From Alkalispirochaeta sp. (GTDB lineage: Bacteria; Spirochaetota; Spirochaetia; DSM-27196; Alkalispirochaetaceae): a stretch of 64,000 bases of DNA. Shown here in pieces: positions 50,050-60,884 of this stretch. Under the pieces are notes generated by a model. It was not told the DNA's origin, did not search any database, and saw only the letters and a list, made by a program, of their open reading frames with translations. The stretch's first letter is position 1. Every line of letters begins with the position of its first letter. Both the position numbers and the translations under genes were made by a program. The stretch is from the NCBI GenBank assembly GCA_965242725.1, contig CBDESZ010000022.1, positions 32,001 to 96,000 on the forward strand. Reading direction: 5' to 3'.

Positions 50050-51276
50050 ATGACGTTATCCCATATTATCACTTCGCCCACCGTCATAGTCGGGGTGGGT
50101 ACGGTCGCGGCTTTCTACGCCGGAAATCTCGCCCGGAAAGTCAAATTGCCGTCCATTATCGGTTTCATGGTACTGGGGGCGGTGCTCGGTCCATCGCTCG
50201 TCCATTTGCTTACGGAAGAACTGCAGAATCAGCTCCAGTTCATTAATGATATTGCCCTCGGATTTGTCGCCCTTTCGATCGGACTGGAATTGAGCATTTC
50301 CGCCCTGCGACGTCAGGGGCGATCAATCATATGGATCATTTTCAGTGAAAGCATCTTTACCTTCATCGTCGTCACCCTTGCCCTCGGCTTTCTCACGGGC
50401 AACTGGGCATTTGCGCTCCTCTTTGGTGCCATAGCTCCGGCCAGTGCACCGGCCGGTACCGTTGCGATTATCCGGGAGTACCGGTCCAAGGGACCCCTCA
50501 CGCAGGCGCTCTATTCGGTCGTCGGTTTTGACGACGGTCTCGGCATCGTGATTTTCGGATTCGCCTCGGCAATTGCCGTCCAGATCCTACAGAATGCGGC
50601 TTTCTCCATGGGGCTCCTGCTCCAGCCGCTCCTCGAAATCGGAGGCAGTATCCTGGTCGGCGCCGTCGTCGGCGGAATTGCCGGGCTTCTTTCATCACGG
50701 TTGAAGTCGAGGCGGGACACACTGACGCTGATCTTCGGTTTTATTCTCCTTTCGACGGGTCTTTCCAACGCGCTTCATCTTTCGTTGATCCTCACCAATC
50801 TCGTAGCGGGTATTACCCTGATCAACACCCAGCAGGGCGAGACCTCCGAACGGGTAGGTGAGTCCATTTCATCGGTCATGCCGCTTCTCTTTACCCTCTT
50901 CTTCCTGCTGGCGGGGGCACACCTCAAGATTGCGGCGTTGCCGGCGCTGGGATTGATCGGACTGGTTTACATTCTGGGCCGTTCCTTCGGTCTCATCGGA
51001 GGTGCGTGGATCGGAAGCGTCCTGGGCGGTGCGGACAATACGATCAAGAAGAACCTGGGGCTGGGTATTCTCAGCCAGGCCGGTGTTGCCATCGGGCTGG
51101 CCTTGTACGTGCAGCGGACCTTCTCAGCGTATGGCGAAACCGGCGCATGGATCGGTACGACGATTATCACGACGGTCACGGCGACCAGTATCATTTTTGA
51201 GATTGTCGGTCCGATACTTACAAAAATCGCATTGACCCGGGCCGGAGAGATACCAACCGAAACATCGGGAAAATGA
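50050..51276 (+). CDS. Cation:proton antiporter (CPA family)
   Basis: LGAVLGPS, PASAPAGT, VGFDD, FFLLAGA, SQAGVAIGL, EIVGP. Confidence 0.88.
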   Translation: MTLSHIITSPTVIVGVGTVAAFYAGNLARKVKLPSIIGFMVLGAVLGPSLVHLLTEELQNQLQFINDIALGFVALSIGLELSISALRRQGRSIIWIIFSESIFTFIVVTLALGFLTGNWAFALLFGAIAPASAPAGTVAIIREYRSKGPLTQALYSVVGFDDGLGIVIFGFASAIAVQILQNAAFSMGLLLQPLLEIGGSILVGAVVGGIAGLLSSRLKSRRDTLTLIFGFILLSTGLSNALHLSLILTNLVAGITLINTQQGETSERVGESISSVMPLLFTLFFLLAGAHLKIAALPALGLIGLVYILGRSFGLIGGAWIGSVLGGADNTIKKNLGLGILSQAGVAIGLALYVQRTFSAYGETGAWIGTTIITTVTATSIIFEIVGPILTKIALTRAGEIPTETSGK

Positions 51277-51326
51277 ATAAAAATTGCAAGTACCGCAAAA
51301 TCTAACATTCCGTGTATACTTGCTTT

Positions 51327-52064
51327 ATGGACGGAGCACAGATCGAGCTGTTGATGGCAGGCGGCCGCATGGTCCTGACCGAACAGGGTGAGGAAAGCGC
51401 AATCAGGAAAAACCCGATTGACGGTCCCCGGAATGTGAAGGCCGACGGTCTCGACGGCGATGATCACGCGTATCACCATCACGGCGGCGCCGACAAGGCG
51501 CTGCTCCACTATCCGGCGGAACACTACGACACCTATCGCCGTCGCTTTCCCAGGTTTTCGGCAAATCTGAACGGGCCACGCCGGGGATTCGGCGAGAATA
51601 TCAGTACCCACGGCATAACCGAAGAGGATGTGTGCCTCGGCGATCGCTACCGCATCGAACCGGCAGACCCCGCCGATGCGCGCCGGGGTATCCTCGTGGA
51701 AGTCTCGGGCTTCCGGCAGCCGTGCTGGAAGCTCGGTTTTAACTGCGCCGTCCGGGATGTTCCACGATTGATGCAGGATCAGGGGAAGACGGGGTGGTAC
51801 TATCGGGTGATCGAGCTTGGCGCGATCGCTCAAGGTGATCGCATTGCTCTCGTCCAGCGGCCCTTCCCGGAGTGGACCATCGGTCGGCTGATCAGGGGCT
51901 TTTACGGCACACCGCTGGACAGGGAATTTCTTGCCGGCGTGGTAAAGCTCCCCGCCCTCGCTGAGTCGCTGCGGGTGGTCATGGAACACCGACTGTCGTC
52001 TGGCGTCGTGGAGTCCTGGGACGACCGTCTCTACGGACACGAAAAACAGTTTCACCAAAAGTAA
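51327..52064 (+). CDS. MOSC domain protein (YiiM-like)
   Basis: HHGGADKA, FGENIST, RQPCWKL, TGWYYRV. Confidence 0.88.
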   Translation: MDGAQIELLMAGGRMVLTEQGEESAIRKNPIDGPRNVKADGLDGDDHAYHHHGGADKALLHYPAEHYDTYRRRFPRFSANLNGPRRGFGENISTHGITEEDVCLGDRYRIEPADPADARRGILVEVSGFRQPCWKLGFNCAVRDVPRLMQDQGKTGWYYRVIELGAIAQGDRIALVQRPFPEWTIGRLIRGFYGTPLDREFLAGVVKLPALAESLRVVMEHRLSSGVVESWDDRLYGHEKQFHQK

Positions 52065-52083
52065 TCGGCGGCCGTAGTGCCCG

Positions 52084-54177
52084 TTACTGCTGGAGAACCC
52101 GCCTTATTTCGGCCCACACCTGAAACTCCCGATACGGTTTTGAGAGAAAACCGTCCATTCCCGCTGCGTAACACTCATCGATCTGCTCCTTGAACGCGTG
52201 GGCGGACAGGGCGATGATGGGGTGCCGGGACGCTCCACTGTCATGCTCCCAGGCGCGTATGCGACGCGTGGCGGAAATTCCGTCAAGATGAGGCATTGAA
52301 ATATCCATGAGAATCACGTCAAAGTCCCGTTGCGTGACCGCTTCCGCCGCTCTGACCCCGTCGGACGCCTCCTCCACCTTTGCCCCTGCCCGGGAAATGA
52401 AATGGGAAAGGTAAATTCTGTTGATCGCCTCGTCTTCAACGATGAGGACCGAGAGGCCGTCCGCCACGCCCTTCTCCGCAGGCGCATCCTTTTCCGCCGG
52501 TGCGATTGTTTCCGCGGACGGCAACGGTAACGTCACGTCAAATTGTGACCCCTCTCCGATTTCGCTGACAACAGTCACCGTGCCGCCGTGCAGATCCACA
52601 AGTGTCTTCACGATCGCAAGACCGATACCCAATCCGGCGGTCGTGATTGCAGGTTCTCCCGTTCCCCGAGTGAATGGCTCAAAGATCGCGGACATCTCCC
52701 CGTCGGGAATTCCCGGTCCGGTGTCGCTCACCGAGATGAACAGCGTATCGTCGCGGTAGTCAAGAGCAAGGGAGACCGTACCGTCATCGGTAAACTTGAT
52801 CGCGTTGCCCCCCAGGTTAATGATGATCTGGGCGATTCTCTCCCGGTCACCGAGGACACGCACATCGTTTCCGGCATATGTGACGTGCCATTGAAGTTTC
52901 TTGTTTACGGCGGCCACCCCAAGTGTCTGATCGATCCAGTCTACCATCTCCTGGAGCCTGAAGGTGGTCGGCTCAAGAGTCATTCCACCCGCGCCGGTAC
53001 GGGAGATTTCGAGCAAATCAAGAAGGATACGGGAAAGATGCTGCGACGCCCCTTCAATTGTCCTGACGAGCTGAAGCTGCCGCCCGTCCAGCCCCGACTT
53101 GCCCAGGATATCGGTCATCCCGATTATACCGTGGAGCGGCGTGCGAAGCTCGTGACTCACATTGGCGAGAAAGCGCAGCTTCGCGTCGTTTGCATCACGC
53201 AATTCATTCTGGATTTCGGTGCTTCTGTTCAACGCTTCCGTCAGTTCCCTGGTACGCCGTCGTATCTGCCGCCTCAATATTGCGACCCACGCAAAGGCGC
53301 CGATGCCTACGCCAATGACGACATGAAGAACGACCACCACGATCCGTCCCTGCGTCGTGGTCCACCACGGTGGTCGTTCCAGAATGCCGAACCACTCCTC
53401 GTACAGCGTGTCAAACTCGCCGGTCGATTTGAGAACTCCCAGTCCTTCATTCAATATCGCCAGCAGATCAGCGTCACCCTTCCGGACGGCCATCCCATAG
53501 GGTTGGCGGAAAAGCGGCTCCTCGAGCATGTATATATTCCGATACCGGCCACGCCGGATCTCCCTCATCCCCTGGCCCATCCCGAAGATGGCGACCTCTC
53601 CCCTGCCCGTCTCAAGCGCTTCAAGGACGTCGCTCCACTCGGCGATGGGAACCACCTCTCTCCCGATACCCTCTTCCACGACATAATCATGCGCAAGGTC
53701 GCCGCGATGAACGAGGATGGTGGCATCATCCACATCCTGTAATGTACGAACGGCGGAACCTGAGGTGGTAAACACCCCGTAGGACACCACAAAGAGAGGA
53801 ATGGTGAAGTCGTGCAGCTGGTCCCGCGCCGGGGTCCGGTACATTCCCTGAAGCATATCCACTTCACCCGTCTCCAGACGCCGCCGCGCATCACTCCAGG
53901 AGGTAAGCTCCACCTCAATATCGAGATTCATTATTTCCGCCACACGTGCAACGATGGCGGTATTGAAACCGTCGGGCTCTCCCTGTTCATTGAGATACTC
54001 AAAGGGCGGATAGTCGTGGTCTCCACCCACACGGACCTTTCGCGAAAGCGATGAACCCGTGCCGCTCTCCACCGGGACGGTGCGGGAAATGAACCGCCCG
54101 TCCCTGCCGTCCATATTTTCAGGTACACAGGCGGAGACAATCAGCAGAATGCACGCGAGGAAGATGAAGGTCCGCAC
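52084..54177 (-). CDS. Hybrid histidine kinase with periplasmic SBP (family 3) sensor and REC
   Basis: Lipobox-like IVSAC, DYPPFEY, TM, NVSHELRTPL, NAIKFT, GLGIGL, VEDEAIN, MDISMP. Confidence 0.88.
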   Translation of the reverse strand: MRTFIFLACILLIVSACVPENMDGRDGRFISRTVPVESGTGSSLSRKVRVGGDHDYPPFEYLNEQGEPDGFNTAIVARVAEIMNLDIEVELTSWSDARRRLETGEVDMLQGMYRTPARDQLHDFTIPLFVVSYGVFTTSGSAVRTLQDVDDATILVHRGDLAHDYVVEEGIGREVVPIAEWSDVLEALETGRGEVAIFGMGQGMREIRRGRYRNIYMLEEPLFRQPYGMAVRKGDADLLAILNEGLGVLKSTGEFDTLYEEWFGILERPPWWTTTQGRIVVVVLHVVIGVGIGAFAWVAILRRQIRRRTRELTEALNRSTEIQNELRDANDAKLRFLANVSHELRTPLHGIIGMTDILGKSGLDGRQLQLVRTIEGASQHLSRILLDLLEISRTGAGGMTLEPTTFRLQEMVDWIDQTLGVAAVNKKLQWHVTYAGNDVRVLGDRERIAQIIINLGGNAIKFTDDGTVSLALDYRDDTLFISVSDTGPGIPDGEMSAIFEPFTRGTGEPAITTAGLGIGLAIVKTLVDLHGGTVTVVSEIGEGSQFDVTLPLPSAETIAPAEKDAPAEKGVADGLSVLIVEDEAINRIYLSHFISRAGAKVEEASDGVRAAEAVTQRDFDVILMDISMPHLDGISATRRIRAWEHDSGASRHPIIALSAHAFKEQIDECYAAGMDGFLSKPYREFQVWAEIRRVLQQ

Positions 54178-54197
54178 GCCCCCTCCTCCCACTGAGT

Positions 54198-55886
54198 TCA
54201 CCCGGCGCCCCCCGCCGGCGCGGTAAGAACGATTCCCGTCGCAGGGGGGAGGGAAATGGTACCGTTTGAAAAACCGACGTCGGGGTCACTTGTAAAAATG
54301 GGATGTGCCTCCGCCAATGGAAGGGCAAACTCTCGCCTGCGGCGACCGAAGTTTATCGCAACGAGGCACGTTTCAGCCCCTTCAGCCCCGGCTTCCCGTA
54401 TATATGCGACGACCGTGGACGGTAATTTCCGGGGATCAACAAGACGGAGGGTACCCCGGGAAAGGGCGGGAAAGGTCCTGCGAATTCTCAACAGGGCGCG
54501 ATAGTGCTCCAGGAGGGAACGGGAATCCGACTCCTCCCGGGCGACGTTTACCGTCGATCTGTTTTCGTGAAGGGGCAGCCACGGCTCCCCGGTGCTGAAT
54601 CCCCCCTTTTCGCCTCCGTTCCACTGCATGGGAGTTCTGCAACCATCGCGATTGAGATAGAGCCCGAGGAGGTTTTCAAGCCACCGCGGTACCCATGAGT
54701 ACTGCCGCGCGACGGGATCGAGGGCACCTGCGAGGGGAAACTCCGCGTTTTCCATGCCGATCTCTTCCCCGTAATAGACGACGGGAATGCCCCGGGCGGT
54801 CAGCTGGAGGAGGGAGACACATTTCGCCCGGCCGATGTCGCCGCCCAGGCGGGTTATCCACCGACGCTGATCGTGGTTGCCCAGTACGAGGGTGGGCACC
54901 AGCGGCGGGGGGTAGAGCGTTTCAAATGTCTTGAGAACTGAACGAAAGAAGCGCGCTGAAAAGGTGAATCGCAGCAGCTGGAAGAGAAATATTGCGTGGA
55001 GTCCCGGTCGTTGACCGTCGCCGAGGTAGTTCCGTATCACGTTGTGCCGTCCGAAAACTTCGCCGATCAGGAGCCGTTCTGCGTCCCACCTGTCGGTGAA
55101 CTCCCTCAGCTCCCGGGCAAACTCGAAATTTTCAGGCAGGTTCATCGTGTATTTCTTGATCTGGTTGGCTCCATCGTTGGAATCGACGGGCTGGCCGATA
55201 CGGAACGAAAAGGGGTTGTTCCGGAACCGGTCATCCTTGAAGATTGCGTGAAATATGTCCAGGCGGAATCCGTCGACCCCCCTGTCGAGCCAGAATGCGA
55301 CATTATCGAACATCGCCTTTTTCACCGGCGGATGACGGTAATTGAGGTCCGGCTGAAAGGGAAGAAAGTTGGCGTAATACCATTGGCCCCGACGGGGCTC
55401 AAAGTGCCAGCCGTTCTTGCCGGTAATCGACTTCCAGTTGTTGGGCGGGCGGCGACCGCCCCTTTTCCCCTCCCGCCATATATACCAGTCGCTGTAATAG
55501 CCGTTCCGTTCCCGCCGGGAACGCTGAAACCATGGGTGTTCCAGCGAGGTGTGACAGAAGACCATGTCAAAGACGATACGCATATCAAGGTCGTGGACGG
55601 CATCGATAAGTCTCCGGGCGTCGTCCATCGTACCGTATTCGGGAGCGATCTCCCGGTAGTCCGAAATATCGTATCCATAATCCTGTTGCGGACTCCGGTA
55701 GAAGGGAGATATCCAGATCGTTTCAAATCCGAGATCCTTGATGTAGGTAAGGCGGGATATGATTCCGGGTATGTCTCCGACGCCGTCGCCGTTGGAATCC
55801 ATAAATGAACGGGGATAGACCTGGTACACCGTCGTGGACCGCCACCATCCGTTGTGCTGGTCCGGTATTATCCATCGCTCTTCCAC
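54198..55886 (-). CDS. GH13 alpha-glucosidase / oligo-1,6-glucosidase
   Basis: YQVYPRSF, GYDISDY, QPDLN, DGFRLD, IGE, NHD, YYGEEIG, RDGCRTPMQW. Confidence 0.92.
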   Translation of the reverse strand: MEERWIIPDQHNGWWRSTTVYQVYPRSFMDSNGDGVGDIPGIISRLTYIKDLGFETIWISPFYRSPQQDYGYDISDYREIAPEYGTMDDARRLIDAVHDLDMRIVFDMVFCHTSLEHPWFQRSRRERNGYYSDWYIWREGKRGGRRPPNNWKSITGKNGWHFEPRRGQWYYANFLPFQPDLNYRHPPVKKAMFDNVAFWLDRGVDGFRLDIFHAIFKDDRFRNNPFSFRIGQPVDSNDGANQIKKYTMNLPENFEFARELREFTDRWDAERLLIGEVFGRHNVIRNYLGDGQRPGLHAIFLFQLLRFTFSARFFRSVLKTFETLYPPPLVPTLVLGNHDQRRWITRLGGDIGRAKCVSLLQLTARGIPVVYYGEEIGMENAEFPLAGALDPVARQYSWVPRWLENLLGLYLNRDGCRTPMQWNGGEKGGFSTGEPWLPLHENRSTVNVAREESDSRSLLEHYRALLRIRRTFPALSRGTLRLVDPRKLPSTVVAYIREAGAEGAETCLVAINFGRRRREFALPLAEAHPIFTSDPDVGFSNGTISLPPATGIVLTAPAGGAG

Positions 55887-55949
55887 CCCCCCTGCTCATT
55901 TCAAAAAGATAGTAGCGACACATTCACCGATCGCTGTATACTGAACCGC

Positions 55950-57562
55950 ATGGCGATGCGACGGACCGACCACTACACCGTTCCGGATAAACTCTATTCC
56001 ATACCGGAACCAAAGGTCTACCGCGACGCCTATTTCGAACTTCCTTTTTTTACGACGCCTGTTCATCCTCTTGCGATCATGGTTCAGCAAGTCCGACATC
56101 TCCCGGATGATCAAGGAACAGGAGCTGGAAACGATCAAGCACCGTATCGCCGACGATGAATCTGCGATTCTGGATCCGACGATTCCCGCTCTCCGCGACG
56201 GCTTTCACAGCAGGATCCGCACGGTGGGACAGCTCATTCAGAAGCTGAAGCCGGTGCTCATGGAGGTACGGGGTTCGGGGGCGGGGCCCTTTCTCCGGGG
56301 GATGCTGGAGAAACTTGACAGTGAACTCTACAAGACGCTTCAGGCGGCGTGTGTCATTCCCGAGGAAATCCTGACAAAAGCGACAACCACCGTGGCGGGC
56401 GCCAAGAAGCGGGTACAGCATGACCTGTTGCAGGCCCTTGAAATCAACGAGAAGACGATTAAAGAGTACCTCACGCCGATCTGGAACAGCATCGAAGCGC
56501 TGGCACTCCTTTCCACCGTGGACTTTGCCGCCCTCGTTCCCGGTGAAGGCGGAAAAGGGCTGCAGGTACCCATGCGTCCCGTCAAGGACCAGCTCATTCA
56601 GCTCGCCTGTGCGATGGACGTATGCTCCCGGAATAACCGTCCCGGAGCCATCAAGGGTGCGACGGAGTACGTCTCTCTCCGTACGGGGAAAACGGAATAC
56701 CGCGGGAGAGACGATCTGGCAGGCAATTGACGATGTACTGAAGGCCATTCCCCTTGCGGACCTCGCGCGACTCGCCGCAGATGAGCCACGAATGGAACTG
56801 GTACAGATTACCACTCCCAACAACTGGTGGCAGCGTTTTTCAGCGACGTGGCTGGAGCGGATCGATGTTCAGGGGCCGCTGATGCGCCACCGGTCAATGG
56901 TCCTGGAAGAGATACTCCGCAGCGGGTTTGAGGTGGGGGAACCCGTTCCGGCGTGGATACCACCCTCCCTGTACCAGCGCTCAGCCGGCGCCTTCCGTCG
57001 CCTTGCCACGGCACAGCGCTTCCGTGACACCCGGACAATGGTGGGAGCCCTCGCACGGGAACACTCGGCAATGCCCGCCGCCGATCGCGCCAAGATCCTG
57101 GAAGCCCATGTGGAACTTGACCGCGTCTATACCCGACTGGAAGAGCTTATTGGAATCGGCGAGTCCCGGGGCATGCTGGGAGACGATTTACGCCGCCTGC
57201 GGCAGGCCGATGAGGCGCGCGCCTCGGTGGCAGGCATGCAGAAGATGAATATCTATACAAAACACCGTCCGACGATGCGCACCCTTATCGACCAGGGAAT
57301 TGAGGCGATGAACACAATTGCGGGACACTACAGCCGCAACAAGACGTTGCTGAAAAAGATGCTCCGTAGCGGGGTGCTGCGTATCGATCTCGGTTCCGAC
57401 GAAGTGACGCCGACGGAAATTCTTGAACTGGTCACCGACGGATATATCAAACTTGCCCAGGCACTTCGGAGCCTCGTCGCCCTGGAACATGAATTGACGA
57501 AGGGTCTTCAGTCCGCCGCCGAGGAGGAGGAAGAGACCACCGCCGTTGACGAAGCGGGGTAG
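55950..57562 (+). CDS. Conserved spirochaete-type helical protein (DUF5312-like; frameshifts near 56047 and 56695)
   Basis: Three consecutive ORF segments joined at T- and A/G-runs; TATACT 7 nt before ATG 55950. Family call is from recollected resemblance only. Confidence 0.5.
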
Positions 57563-57573
57563 ACGGACGCCTG

Positions 57574-59629
57574 TTACGCGACGGATTCACCGGTGCCGCG
57601 GCGTTTTCCAACCGTCATGAGCAGAATCGAAAGATCGGAATTACGAACCCCGGAAATGCGCGACGCCTGCGCGACCGAAAGAGGTCGAATGTGCTTGAAC
57701 TTTTCCCGCGCCTCGTTGGAAATGCCCTTGAGGGTATCCCAGTCAAAATCGGCGGGGATTTTCATCTGTTCCATGCGGCGGAACCGTTTTACCATCTTCT
57801 CTTCCCGGGCGACGTAACCCTCGTACTTGATGTCCAACTCCACCTGCCGGAGCCACTCGACCGGACGGGGCTCACCGCTGCGGGGATCGTTCACGAGGGA
57901 GGTGTCCAGCTGAGCGAGATCCGCGAGTGAGACCTCCGGGCTCTTGAGGATGTGGGCAAAGCTCTTCCCCACGAATTTTGCGAGGCCGTTACCGCCACCA
58001 CTCTCTCCGTCGGTCCCGGAGGCCGCCCCGCTTCCCGCTTTTTCAAGGGCGGGTGAAGCGTCCCGTCGCGATGAGAGTGCCGACGGCGACGCAAGTTCTT
58101 TTTCAGAAAGATTGCGGGTCCGCAGAAGCTCCCGTATCTCTTCGATGGCGGCGCGTTTTTCCTGAAACCGTTCCCACTCCGCGGGGGTATGCATACCGAC
58201 ATTCCAGGCGCGCTCGTAGAGGCGCATGTCCGAGCTGTCATGGCGGAGATTCATGCGGTGCTCCGCCCGGGAGGTGAACATGCGGTAGGGCTCTTTGGTG
58301 CCGAGAGTGACGAGATCGTCGATGAGGACACCGATGTACGCTTCCGAGCGGCTCAGGACGAAGGGTTCCTTGCCCTGCATGCGCATTGCAGCGTTGATCC
58401 CGGCGATGAGTCCCTGTCCCGCCGCCTCCTCGTATCCCGAGGTGCCGTTGGTCTGTCCGGCGATGTAGAGGCCCCTTACCATTTTGGCTTCCAGGCTGGG
58501 ATAGAGCCGGGTGGGATCGATGTGGTCGTATTCCACGGCGTATCCGGGACGGACGATTTCCGCCCCTTCCAGGCCGGGTATGGAGTGTATGAACTGCTCC
58601 TGCACCTCTTCCGGCAGGGAGGAGGAGATGCCGTTGAGATACATTTCTCCCGTTGAAAGTCCTTCAGGCTCTATGAATATCTGATGTCGCGTCCGATCGG
58701 GGAATTTGACCACCTTGTCCTCTATGGAGGGGCAGTACCGCGGTCCCGACCCGACGATGAGCCCCGAGTAGAGGGGTGAGCGGGCTGATGTTTGCCTGTA
58801 TGACGGCGTGGGTCTCTTCTGTGGTGTAGGCGATGTAGCACTGCACCTGCTTCCGATCCACACGCCGGTTGCCGTACGAAAAGGGGACGATCTCGTCGTC
58901 GCCGAACTGGGGTTCCACCTTGTCAAAGTCTATGGAGCGCCGCATGACCCGCGCGGGGGTGCCCGTCTTCATCCGGCCCATGGGGAATCCAAGTTCCCGA
59001 AGGGGCCTTTCAAGTCCCCGGGCGGCGGGCTCGGCGATGCGACCGTTTTCCGCGTTGTACTCACCGATGAATATCCGTCCGTTGAGGAATGTACCGGTGG
59101 TTATGACGACGGTGCGGGCGGTGAAGCGTTTGCCCCGCTCGGTGATGACTCCCGCCACGGAGCGCGCCGTCGCCGGTGATGTGGTAAGAGACGACGGGGC
59201 GGGAGATGCCGCCGTTGCGCCCGCCGGTCCGACAGGCACATCCGACCGGCTGTAGAGCAGTCCCGTCACGGTATCCTGGAAGAGGCTCAGATTTGACTGT
59301 TCCTCGAGAACCTGCTTTGCCTTGACCTGGTACGCAAGTTTGTCCGCCTGGGCGCGGGGCGCCTGCACGGCGGGACCGCGGCTGCGGTTGAGAACGCGAA
59401 ACTGGATCATCGTCTCGTCGGTAATCCGTCCCATTTGCCCGCCCAGGGCGTCGATTTCACGGACCATATTGCCTTTGGCGAGACCGCCGATGGCGGGATT
59501 GCAGCTGAGTTTGCCGATTGTATCAAGATTCTGGGTAATCAGGAGGACGCGAAAGTCCAGACGGGCTATTGCGCTGGCAGCCTCTATTCCGGCGTGGCCT
59601 CCTCCAACTACGATGGCATCGAAATCCAT
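57574..59629 (-). CDS. mnmG: tRNA uridine-5-carboxymethylaminomethyl(34) synthesis enzyme (frameshift near 58785)
   Basis: [58 protein letters not shown]. Confidence 0.95.
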
Positions 59630-59664
59630 GTATGATAGAGTATCAAAATGCTGAGGATTGTTCT

Positions 59665-60880
59665 ATGAATGAAGAGCTGTTGGGCCCGGCCAGACCGCTC
59701 ACGCGATGGGTGGAAGGTATCATCCTTGTGGATGATGAAGACGATGTCCTCAGGTCCCTTGCGCGGGACATCAGGAGCTGGACCCGGAGCCGGAATCTTA
59801 CGGTCTACCCGGTGCATTCCGGTGAGGAATGCCTGGACCTCGTCCGCGAAAAGTATCCCTCCATCGGTCTGGTCGTATCGGACCTGCGTATGCCCGGTAT
59901 GAGCGGCGCCGACCTTTTTATAGCCCTCAACGATGCGTATCCCGATATCGGATGCGTCATGGTCACCGCCTACGCCGACATGGATCAAATCACCCGCGCC
60001 CTCTCGTCATCGATGATGGGCCTTATCCAAAAACCGTGGACGCCGGATGAGTTGCAGGCGGATCTTGACCGCGCCCTGGAACAGGTTGAATACCGACGCA
60101 GTGCGGAAGAACGGAACAGGGAGCTGAATCAGCAGCTCGAGCTGGCCGGTGCCTTTCAAAAAGCGGCAATGGCGGTCACCATTCCTCCCGACGAACGTGT
60201 GGAATATCAGGGCTTTTCCCGCCCCGCCAAGGAAATGCACGTAACCGGAGACTTCAATGATTTTCTCAGACTTGACAGGGACCGGTACCTCCTTCTGGTG
60301 GGAGACGTCTCCGGTCACGGCATGCGGGCGGCGTTGCTGTCGGCGATGCTCAAGATCGTGGTCCGCTCATACGTTGACCGGGGACAGAGCCTCGGTCGCG
60401 GGGCCGGCGGAACTCCTCCGCCAGGTCAACATCGCAATATCCTCCTATTTACCCCGTACTTCAGGTATGATCGCCTCCTGCGCGGCGGTAATTGTCGATC
60501 TTCAGTCACAGACGCTGCTCATTGCCAACGCTGGCCATCCTCCCGTTTTTGTGGTGCGTAACGGAACCTTCGCATACAGTTCCATACTCGATCCCGCGAT
60601 GGGCATTTCCATGGACACTGCGTACCGGGAAGAGGAGTTGCCCCTGCAGCACGGTGACAGAATCGTCCTCTTTTCCGACGGCCTCTACTCCAATGCGACA
60701 AAGGACGAGGAGTATTTTTCCACCACACGGACCGGTACGATTTTCCAGGGAGCCCACGGGGGAACGCACTTTTCCGACGATGTGATACGTCTCGTCATGG
60801 CTGATCGCATTATGCACGGTCGTCCAACCGTACCGTTGTTTGCCGATGATGTTACAATAGTCTCACTCATGGTGTATTGA
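59665..60880 (+). CDS. Response regulator with PP2C/SpoIIE (RsbU-like) phosphatase domain (frameshift near 60400)
   Basis: LVDDE, SDLRMPG, QKPW; GDFND, GDVSGHG, ANAGHPP, FSDGL, DDVT. Confidence 0.85.
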
Positions 60881-60884
60881 AGCG

